Source: Ostrea edulis
Lineage: Eukaryota
Direction of reading: 5' to 3'
NCBI RefSeq assembly: GCF_947568905.1
Contig: NC_079169.1
Span: 87,792,001-87,856,000 of the forward strand
Length of the DNA: 64,000 nt
Made by a program: the position numbers and the translations under genes. This document shows positions 25,701 through 37,700 of the stretch, in pieces (within the stretch, counting starts at the first letter, position 1; every line of letters begins with the position of its first letter). Below the pieces are notes generated by a model. It saw nothing but the letters and a program-made list of their open reading frames with translations, was not told the DNA's origin and did no database searches.

Positions 25701-28700
25701 TGTGGTAGATTTTCGTGAATGTCAATAGCTTTCCCATTATGTGACGACAAAGCTCTGAAGCCTATGATATATGTTAGCAATATAATGCGTATCCATCACC
25801 GCTCTCCATATTACATCAGTCTCATCACCCAAGTTGTCCCATAAATGTTACCGATCTGTGGAAAAAGGATCAGAACCAACAAAAAAACTGTTGCATGATA
25901 CGGTTTGATAGAGCTAGAAATCTTCGATTATTATCGCTTACATTGCCAATCCTGAAGTTTATGTGTCTGCAGAATTTCCAAAACAATGATATGGTATTCA
26001 CATGACCGTCACAAAAACTATTGAGTAATATCAGAATGCAGCTGACATTTGTTCTAGTTGCATTATTTTCTAAAGTGCAGGTCATTTCTACTGTGTAGGA
26101 TGTACTGCAACATTTAGTGTGTGTGTGTATGATAAAGCATCCTAAATACAATAATCTCACAGGAATCCTAAATATCATGGAGATGATCTTAAAAGACTTT
26201 TAGCCTGTTACCTAGTCCTTTTGTGTATTGATTGATTTATTTATTAAACTAATCCTAAAAATTTCCATTGATGATGATTTTCCTTGTCGACACTGCACGG
26301 AGTATTGAAGATTACATGATAGTATATTAATTCTTGATCAATTTCAGATCCCTAAGTAACTGTCGATTGATTTTTTTCTATGATATGCATAAAATTTGTA
26401 AGTGCTGCTGAACTAATAACTCCACTTAGGCTACTGTGTCATGAGAGAAGGGGAACAACTCTTGTGGTCTTGTCTAGAATGATGGCTGATCAGTACATTT
26501 AAAACTTGCGTTTATTGTAGGATATAGACAACCTAATGAATGAGGGGAACAAATCTAGGACAGTAGCAGCCACCAACATGAACAACGAGAGCAGCAGATC
26601 ACATGCAGTGTTCAATATCGTACTGACCCAAACATTGACTGATTTATCTACAGGGGTAAGTCCTGACCCAGACCCTGACCGGTCACCAACACTGATCAAA
26701 ACACTGACTGATTTATCTATCGGGATAAATTGATAACACGGTACTAATCAAAACACTCACCGTTTTATCTATCGGGATAGATTAATAGCACAGTTCTGGC
26801 CTGGAGGTTATAAAACTTTTAGCGTACTCATACTCAAACTCAGCCATGATGTTTGTTTTGAGTACAACTCTGAGCAAGCTTTGAAACATACTAAAAATAT
26901 CTTGAGCATGTACTCCATTTGAGTGTGAGAATGATTTTATAAAAGTTTTATAGCTTCACTTTTGAGTATGAGTATGATTTAGAGCACAGAGTTTGAGTAT
27001 GAAAATGTGCTCAAAAAAGTTTTATAACCTCCAGGCCTGAACAAAAACACTGTCTGATTTATTGAGAATGTTGGAGACCCATAGTAATGGCTGCCCAGTT
27101 TTTAACCCATCAATGTTTTAAAGGGACTGGTTCACGATTTTTGATAAAAATATTTTTCATTTTTGATGTTAAACATTAAAAATATAACTCATTTAATATT
27201 GACAGCCAAAATTTTGACCTTCTGAATGCAAGAATAAAAGCTATATTTCACGCTTAAATCTGTGTTATGTGAACAAAAACTCGAGTCTTTTTATGTAAAC
27301 AAACAAGTGAAATATTGATTTTGTAATATAATTCATCTTAATTTTGCATAATCACAAATTTTAACTTTTAGATGACACATTTTACCCCCAAAATGCTTGA
27401 AATGTGAAAGATATATAATAAACTTAGATCGATATCCATTTCTTTTGAAATTTCGTAAACAATAACATACCGCAATCTTTGTTTACAAAACAGATAATAA
27501 ACTCTCTAAAATGAGCTTCTGTGATGATGTATAACCTTAATTTTCATTTGAAATCTTTGAAACACATTAGACAGTAGATTTTGATCATTAAAAGTGAAAA
27601 AGAAAATTTTGGGTAAAATCGTGAATCAGTCCCTTTAACATGTATCATCATATCTCCAATATTTTTTAATAAACCAACCTATTGATTATGTAAGTGGAAA
27701 ATGTTTAGAGGAAGACCACTTTTGATTTTAAGGTTGAAGTTCAGGTTATGACGAGATTACATCTGTATATATATGAAGCTTTACTTTGTGAATATTTCAA
27801 GATTCAGACTTCATAGTCAGTAGACATGTCAGAAGACACGTATTCATTTTGAGATCACTAGACCAGAAGTTCCTAGTTTCTAGAAGCTCCGATTGAAAGA
27901 TATATTAGTATTCATGCTGCATACATTTGAACCTTTTCCAGTTTTTACATTTGCCCTTCATCAAAGGTTTGTCTGATTTTTCTGCCTTGTTACCGTGAAT
28001 CTTGTCTGGGTCAGATCTTCGTTGTCTTAACACAGGCTTATCATATCTGACACGTCAAGTATATCGCCATCATTCAAAGTGTCACATACCGTCTGACCTA
28101 TATATGACCTTTACCTTTCTTCTCAAGGTCACAATAATACTTATATTGACATATGTTTATAGCGAGGTCATGGATGACCTTTGTCAGTTTTCTAATATTC
28201 GGAGACCGTTCTTGCTAACAACTGTTTTATTTTTTAACACACCCCTATCGGTTTCTCTTAATAGTATACTCATGGCTTAAGATATCACATGACTTTATTA
28301 GAAATGTAAACAGAACACTTTTATTTAATCTTCATGTTTTCCAATGCATTTTGTGCAGTAAACCCAATAAAACGTGCCTGCTTTTCCAAATTTATGAAGC
28401 ACCACGAGCTATTAGAAGGGACCCTTTGTTTATCCACGAGTTTCACTATCACTTGTATTACACTAGAGGGCCTATTCTACTGAAACTCTTCCATCGTGTG
28501 TAAATATTGTGTGTGTACTGATGTTCTGCATTTCTTTACATTATGTCATATACATTATGTACATGTATTTTGTATTTGAAAAAAGTGGAGCATTAGATAG
28601 ATTACTAAAAGTATAACTGGTCTGAAGTGGATGAGCTTTCTTTGGTCACTCTAACAAGCTTAAACTTTTTTGACCAATTTTAGCAAAATGATTGTGGACA

Positions 28701-31700
28701 TAACACTTAGGAAATTTATAATGAAATTGACAGAGTAATTTATAATGAAATTGACAGAGTAAGTTCTCTGTTGGAATCAGTCATCTGAAATCTACCATTT
28801 CCTTCATTTCTTTAGCATCTATGGCAGATTAGGAACAAATTTTATTGGCTGTAACAATATCTACCCCCATTCCCCCTACCTCTCATGGTGCATTCTTTTT
28901 CTTTACTCTTAAACATCTAGACATACAATTTGGGAGCATTAATGAACATGACCATGAAGGCCTCGACAAAACTTGTGAAAATCATGACCCCTGGATCACT
29001 TGGGTTCATGCAGGTCACAGAGTGAAAAACAGTATACATCAAGTTATGAAAATTTTTAATTCTTTTTATGCACCCTAAAAAAAATTTGTGGTAGCATAAT
29101 TGTGTCTACTAAACCTTTCATCAGAAATTGATATAGTTGATCACAAATGTTCCTTGAGACATTGACTTTTGGACTGAGGTATTACAAGGTAATTTTGGAG
29201 AGGTCAAGGTCACTCAGAACATTTATAAGTTCCTAATTTCAACAGGTTTTTTTTTAGCTCACATGAGCTGAAAGCTCAAGCGAGTCAAGGTCACTCAGAA
29301 CATTTATAAGTTCCTAATTTCAACAGTTTTTTTTTTTAGCTCACATGAGCTGAAAGCTCAAGCGAGCTTTTCTGATCGCCTGTTGTTTGTCGTATATCCG
29401 TCCATCTGTCTGTCTGTCCGTCTGTCCTTCTGTAAACTTTTCACATTTTCGACTTCTTCTCCAGAACCACTTGGCCAATTCCAACCAAACTTAGCCAAAG
29501 CATCCTTGGGTGAAGGGCTTTTTAAGTTTGTTCAAATGAAGGGGCATGCTCCCTTCAAAGGGGAGATAATCACAAAAATGCAAAAATAGGGTGGGGTCAT
29601 TTAAAAATCTTCTCAAGAACCACTGAGCCAGAAGAGCTGAAATTTATTTGAAAGCTGTTTGACATAGTGCAGATTCAAGTTTGTTAAAATCAGGATCCTC
29701 AGGGGTAGGGTGGGGCCACAATAGGGGATCACAGTTTTACATACAAATATATAGGGAAAATCTTCTTCTCAATAACCACGAGGCCAGGAAAGTACAAATT
29801 TACTTGAAAGCTTCATGACATACTGCAGATTCAAGTTTGTTAAAATTATGGGCCACGGGGGTAGGATGGGGCACAATAGGGGATCAAAATGTTACATACA
29901 ATTGTATGGGAACAATCTTTAAAAATCTTTTTCTCAAGAACCACTGGGCCAGAAAAGTACAAATTTACTTGAAAGCTTTCTGACATAATGCAGATTAAGT
30001 TTGTAAAAATCATGGCCCTCAGGGGTAGGGTGGGGCCACAATAGGGAATCAAAGTTTTAAATACAAACATATAGGGAAAATCATTAAAATCTTCCTCTCA
30101 AGAATCACTGGGCCAGAAAAGTTTACATTTAGATGAAATCTTCCTGACTAAGTACAGATTCAAGTTTGTTAAAATCATGTGCCCCTCCCCTATGGGGGGA
30201 AGGGTGGGACCACAATAGAGGATCAAAGTTTTACATACAAATATATTGAAAAAGTCTTTAAAAATGGATGGGGTCATCTAAAAATCTTCTTCTCAAGAAC
30301 AATTTGGCCAGTTTACATTTACATGAAAGCTTCCTGACATAGTGCAGGTTCAAGTTTGTAAAAATCAAGGCCCCTGGGAGTAAGTTGGGGCCACAATAGG
30401 GTCAAAGTTTTACATGCGAATATATAGGGAAAATCTTTAAATATGGGCCAAGGTGACTCAGGTGCGCGATGTTGCCCGTGAGCCTCTTGTTGAACATGTA
30501 TTGATTGTATATTAGACAAATAGGTAATAGGCAAATGACTTTTGGACAAAGGTCATTCAAAGTAATTTGTCAAGGTCACTCAGAACATATGCCATATATA
30601 TGAAAAAACCTTCATTTTGATTTTATTTCAACAGTTATTGATCATTGTTCAAATGACTTTTGGGCTAAAGTCACTCAATGTCATTTTGTAAAGGTCAAGG
30701 TTACTCAAAACATATGCCTTATATATGAAAAAACCTCATTTCAGTAATATTTCAACAGTTATCGATCATTGTGTGAATGAGTTTTGGACAAAGGTCACTC
30801 AAGGTCATTTTTGAAAGGTCAAGGTCACTCAAAACATAGCTTATATATGTATAAAAAAAAAAAAAAAAAAAAAAAAGGCTTCTATTTGAGCACTAAACAT
30901 TTGCTTTACAAGAAGAAACATGTTTGAGCACTAAACAGTCCCTTTAAAAGTAGAAACATGTCTATCAATTCATCCATCATTTGAAGAAGTTCCTTGGTTA
31001 CATGCACTTCATGGACCATCCATCAGTTTTACTGATATTCATGTTTTAGAGAGGGGGACATTTTAAAAAGAGGATTTAATTTGACATGTCATACTAGAAT
31101 ATGAAGTTGGAGCTGGAGCAGTACAGTGTGTGAAGAAAATAATTTTTTAAATGTAGCCATACAACACATCATAGGAAATGTCATGAACTATCATATGGCA
31201 CATCATAGGAAAGGTCATGAACTATCATCTGACACATCATAGGAAAGGTCATATTGAATTATCATATGACACATCATAGGAAAGGTCATAAATATCATAT
31301 GACACATCATAGGAAAGGTCATGAACTATCATCTGACACATAGGAAAGGTCATGACCAATTTTACACATCATAGGAAAGATCATGAACTATGGAGCTTAA
31401 ATATGGATCTGATGTGGTAAGAGGAGGGCACTAAATCAAACTTAAGGTGCATTATTTTAAATTTATCACCATTTCCAATAAAACAAAAAAATGAGAGACC
31501 TGATCACTCAGTTTTTGGCTGGTAGACCCATGGCCTCGACCAGAAACAATAGTATTTACAATTTTAGGAACTTTTTTTCCCATACAGCACTTGGGTGATT
31601 GTTAAGACCCATGGTCATTTTATTTAAGTGCAGTATGATTCTGATATTCACAGAAAATATGGAAAAGTTGCCGTTCCTTTTTGAGCAAATGATTGATGGC

Positions 31701-34700
31701 AATTGAAACAAAAAAGAAATCAATTTTACAGTTGTACGTATGTGTTTGATTTAAAATATCATTAGTAAAATATGAACAAGGAACCATGAAAATGATTGTT
31801 TTTAAGTGTGCACTAGTAATTGTTTTTGCTAATTATACTATGGCATTTAAAATCATATCAGTTGCATTTATCAGCTTTACCATCGTCATACAAATGTCGT
31901 AAGCATGCGTCAGTGCTGTTAGTATGGACGAAGCCATGAAATTTGTCAGTGTCGCCCGTAGAGCAACACAAAAAAATAATAAATCATCCTCTCGTGTAAT
32001 ATTTCATTGTTTTTGTAATTCAGCCCCAAAATCTTTCATTAACTAATGATGGAGACATATGGAATTTCATGATTTAGATTTTGGTAATCAATATCAGAAA
32101 GTTATCTTGTGTGAAGTTGTCCCATTTTAAAGTGTAGAAATTCAATACAAACTCAATTAAAAATAGCGTTAGCAGCCAAGTGGGAGGCAGATTCTCTCTG
32201 AAGGAATTCTCCTATAGATTAGTTGTGTGGATATATAAAGGCATTTGTATTCCAACTAAAACTCTAAATATATACTTTGTCATGAAAAGATATGTTTGCA
32301 ATGGCTTTCAGTAATTTGAATAGATTCCGGAAATTCGTCTCTCTTAAGCTTGGAGAATTGCACGGATTTACTGGGCTAGATCAACAGAGTTAATGCAAAG
32401 TATTGATGACACTACCCAGGGTGCACTTGTCTCGAGATGAAAAATCCGGCCGTAAATGCAAGTTATTGCATTAATAACCAATCAAGAGGGTTCAATGTAA
32501 ATCGCATGTTTCAGATTGAATTGAAATTCATGCTCAATGAGAATGTTTGAATATCCGCAATTTATTTTCAGACTTTCATGGTAATGGTGACAGTAATTGA
32601 CAATTTATTGATTAACAATGGCGTAATACATTACTCAGCATGATGAACAGATTATTAAAAAATGGCTCATTCTATGGTCTTTATTTCATAAAGTCATGAT
32701 ACAGAATTCATGCTGTTAGAATTTCAACCATTTTTCTACTTTTTTTTGTACTGATGGTTTAAATGCGTACGGTTTATATGACCCCAATCTTGCTCCATTG
32801 TTTGGGATTGGGGTCTTGAAGGTTGAAAAAGCAACAGCAATTTTTTATCTAAAGTGATGGAAGAAATGTATGTCACTGACAAAAGCATCATGTAATATGT
32901 TAAATGACCCTCACACACAGCAAGGAACACATGCTAAATATAAAAGTGCTATTTCTTACAGTTAGAAAAAGTTCTGACCCCCACGCACAGCAATGTCCTA
33001 CAGTTAGAAAGAGTTCTGACCCCCACGCACAGCAATGTCCTACAGTAGAAAGAGTTCTGACCCCCACGCACAGCAATGTCCTACAGTAGAAAGAGTTCTG
33101 ACCCCCCATGCACAGCAATGTCCTACAGTAGAAAGAGTTCTGACCCCCACGCACAGCCATGTCCTACAGTTCGAAAAAGTTCTGACCCCCACGCACAGCA
33201 ATGTCCTACAGTTCGAAAAAGTTCTGACCCCCACGCACAGCAAGGTCCTACAGTTCGAAAAAGTTCTGATCCCCCCCCCCCTCCCCACACACACACAGCA
33301 AGGTCCTACAGTTCGAAAAAGTTCTGATCCCCCCCCCCCACACACACACACACACACACAGCAAGGTCCTACATTTAGAAAAAGTTCTAGTTGTCATAGG
33401 ATGAAAGGATGATGGACAGAGTAATCTTTACGTGTGCTTATGCTGTGTAAGTGACACAAAGTTGGGAATAAAATTTTATCGTTAAATGATTTATATTCAG
33501 ACTGTAGCTGTAATGGTTAGAATATTATAAGATTATTTATGTGAAATGACCTTAGATTAAGATTTTGTTTACCAAAATTGTTTGCAATTTATTGAGAACA
33601 ACACACCTCCATTTTCATCATTAGAAAAGGGGTCTGTGAAAATCTAGGGCCCTGTAAGATAATATTGAAATCAACCATTACAAAAAAGGAATTATTATTG
33701 ATATCGGTAGGTAAATAAATGTAGTAAGATTTTCAGCAGCATCAATCACTCAAACATTTATATTCTTAAACATGATATAATTTCTGCATACTGAAATGCC
33801 ATATGAGTTCCCTTCTCTTTTCTGTATCTAACTATCAAGCAGATAAATTATTTACATATTATTTACAAGCTTTTTTTAGATTGAAAACAGTTTTCAAAAA
33901 TCATTTTTTCTCATAGAAGTCACAATTGTCTGTCACAAAAACACTGTAATCACTTGTAACTTTTCTGTTGAAAAATGGCTTGGCCTGATCAAATTCCTTG
34001 ATAGGCATGAAAAAGTCCTCCTCATTGGAACACAAAATCTTGTCAGTTATTTTGTTCATCAGATTCCGTTTGATTCCAGCAAAAATCAAAAATCCCAAAC
34101 AGCTAACAATTAGCAGAGCAAGAACTGGGACCACAATTGCCACAATGCTGGTGTCGTTGGAGTCAGAGTGGGTTTTCTGAGCAGCGCCCTGATTGGTGGA
34201 ATTTCTGGGGTTGCTCACACTGGTGGAGTGAAGTGGCTCATTTGAAGATGCTGCTGTGGAATGTGCTTCCGAGTTAGTGCTAAGTTGTTGAGTGGTCCCT
34301 AGGACATTAGAACTCTGCACCTTAGTGGTGACGTGAGATCTTTCTGAAGACTGCACTGTTTTAGTTGTTGATGTTGGGGTTGTTCTTTCCTGTGTTTGTT
34401 TATTTGTTTTTTCTGTTGGCGTGGTGACTGTTGTCGTCACGGTTTCTGTTGATTGCATGATATTTTCTGTTGACGTTTGATTGATCACATGGTGGGGATT
34501 GCTGTTGTCGGTGGATGGAGTGACTGTTAAATGACTGGTAGTTGTTCTCACGTGTGTTGTTGTTTCACTGAAACTTGGACTAAAGGAAGTGTTTGTGTTT
34601 GATGTGAAAGGTGATGTGGATGCATACTCTGATGGCAAAATGGTAGGAGATGGGTTGTCAGTTCTTGTTTCAACTGATGTTGATCTAGGAGGTAACTTAT

Positions 34701-37700
34701 TTGCAGTGGTGATGGATCCCATGGTTCCACCTGCTGTTGTGTATTCATTCGTTGGTAGGGTACTTTCATTTTCATTAGAAGATGAGGTGGATGTTCCTGT
34801 AGGATATGGATTTAGGGTTGAGGTTTGATCAGAGCCAACAGTTGTTGGAACATCCGTCGATGCACCTGATTCCACTGTCTGAGTTTCACTGTGAGTGTAC
34901 AGTGCTGCAAGAGTCGTGAGGTGGGAAGTTTGAGAGGTGGATTCTGATGGAGTATTGCCATGATCTGCTACTGTTGTGCTTTCATAGCTAGATTCTGTAC
35001 TTGGACTCAATGAATAGTGAGTTTCTGAAGTTTGAGTTGTGGGAGTTGGCGTCTGAACTGTCGATGTAAAGTCCAAACTCGTAATTGTTGCTGTTTGTCC
35101 TGTTGCGTTTTTCTCAGTGGTATTTTCGTATTGCACCTGTGTTGTTGTTGATTTGTTTTCCTGTGTAGTTGTTTCAAAGTCAGTTGTCGCCTGTTCTGTG
35201 TAAGTTGGGCGTGTAGTGAACTCAGACTTTTCTCCAGTGAGTGTATTAACGTCATTTGTTGTTTCAGTTTGCCCAGAGAAAGGAAATGGGGAGATAACCT
35301 CTGTATATGCTAAGGTAGTAGACTCCTGGTGTGCCACAGTTTCACTCGATGTGGTCTGTGTAGTTGTTGTTTCGGGTCGTGTTATACTCTCGGCTGTCGT
35401 CTCGCGTACTGTTTCCGAGACATCTGCTGTTTCCATTGATGACTGTACTAGGGGAGTGCTTGTTGTAGACTCTGTGTTTGTCAGATTCTCGTTTATTGTT
35501 GTTGGATTTGGGGTTGCAGTTGTCTCATTGTGTTTAAGATTTGGGGTTGCAGTTGTCTCATTGCGTTTAAGATTTGGGTTGTAGGTGGTTTCTGTTTGTT
35601 CAGTGCTTTGGTTTGTTGTCATTTCAGATTTTTCAGTATTTTGGTTTATCGTTGTTTCTGGTTGTGTTGTTGCAGATTCTGTTTGTCTCTCACTTCCTGT
35701 TGCCGTCTGCCACTGGTTGTATGTTGTGTCCTGTGATTTGTTACCTTGATTGGAAGATGAGGATGTGGTGCTGTCTGGAATGTTGCTTTGTTCTCTTATT
35801 TCTGTTAGAAAAACTTCAGTTGTTGACTCTGGATAATTTTCACTGCTGCCCAAGTCCGATTCAGTTGTTGATGGAGCAGGCACTGGAATAGAGGTGGTAA
35901 CATATTGGTTTGTTGCCAAATCCTGCTTTGTTGTCTCAAAAGCTGTGGAATTCTGGTTTTTCTCACTTGTGAAGTCTTGGTTTGCAGCCTCTGAAGTTTT
36001 GAAATTCTGATTTGTCGTCTCTGGTTTTGTGAAAGGTTGGTTTGTTGCATGAGAAGTTGTGGAATCACTGTGTGTTGTAGACTCTGTTGTGAAGTCTGTA
36101 TAGGATTTAGAAGATGATGAAAAATCTGTGAAATAAAGTTCAGAAGTTTTTTCTGTAGTTTCACTTGATGGCATTGTTTCAGAAGTACCAGGGATTTCTG
36201 AAGTCTCTCCTGATCTGGTGGGATAACCCGTGGTTGAAGTGTGCCCATTGGTTGGAGATAATGCTTCTGTAGTGGACATTTCTGATGATGAAGTGTCAGT
36301 TTCGGTTCTTTCTGGGGTAGGTTTATTTGTGTTTGGTATCTCGCTTGTCTGCTCCATGGATGCTAGGTTTCCAGTGGTGGTGGATTGTGTCTGTGGGTAT
36401 GTAACCCCATTTTTCTGTGTTGATGATGGTTGGAATGATGTGGAATGTTCCATGGTTTGTTGTGTGTTGGGAGTCGTAGAAGATTCACCCGTTTGGTTTC
36501 CTTGACTGACTGAGAATTTGGAAGTGGTATTTAGAAGTGAGGTGGTATTTGTAGTAGCTTCTGTTGTAGTGGTTAATGTCACGGAAGAAAAATCGACTTC
36601 TTGCGAGGTGTTCTGATTTACAGAATTTGTAGGTACAACGTTCAGTGAAGTAGTCAGTATTGTTGAAGTTTCAGTGGAGGTAGATGTTTTATCGGAAGCT
36701 GAAGTAATGATGGAAAAGTTCATAGTAGAACTGGATGTGGCTGAAGTTGTTACTGTGCTCTCAGTGAATGGGACAAATTTTGAAGTCGGGGTCAGTTTGG
36801 TGTTTGTTTGTGCTGTGGAACTTACAGGTTTTGTTTTAGGTGCGGTCATAGAAGTCACAGTGATTGTAGTGGTGGTAGAATGCAAACAGTCTCTTGTTAG
36901 ATCTCTGCTGATTGAAAATAGCTTTCTGCCTGCATATTTAGGAGGAGTCTTGCAAACAGGCTCATGTCTGGAGTAATGAAATCGGAGATACTGTGTGAGC
37001 CATTTTAGTTCACAGTTACAGTTCCACGGATTATCGTAGAGCAGTACTTCTCGGGTTCCCATCAGCCTGAGGTACAGCTCCATAGATTGAGGAAGTGACC
37101 GGAGTCCATTATTATGCAGGTCAAGAGTTGTAATGAAAGAATTAAAGAAAATATTGGGGTTTATCTCTTTGATTCCATTGCCACTAAGATCTAAAGTGTC
37201 TACCGTTATGTTACCAAGGTAACTAAGTTTTTCGATATGATTTCCACTAATGTTAAATATAAGATCTACCTTGGATAGCTTTTCCAATGCCTTGGTGGGA
37301 ATTTCGCTGAAGTTATTATTGGATAAGTTTATAACAGTCACACTCGTCCCAGCGAAATCACTCTCGGAAAGGGTCGTTAAATCATTTCCTTCCAAGCTGA
37401 GAAAGTACAGGTGTGGAAGGCCGGTAAAAAGCTGAGGAGGCACTGAGAGCCATTGATTGTAGCCCAGTTTTAATCTTTCTATTGTTATAAGGTCTCTCAT
37501 GACATCTTGGTTCAGGGAATCAATTTTATTGTGTGATAAATCTAAGTCTATCAGTTTAGGCAGGTCATCAAACAGTTTGGAACTAATACTGTCAAGATGA
37601 TTGAATGACAGGTTGAGATTGGTGAGACTTTTCAGTTCGTTAAATGTATCGTCTGGGATGTCCGAGATGTTATTTTTAGACAGGATCAGCACACGTAGGT

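Noticed and set aside
25690-26180. Coding-like stretch (102-aa minus-strand ORF and adjacent fragments)
   Set aside because: No family motif recognised and frames are interrupted; a tBLASTx search would be needed to call it a pseudogene
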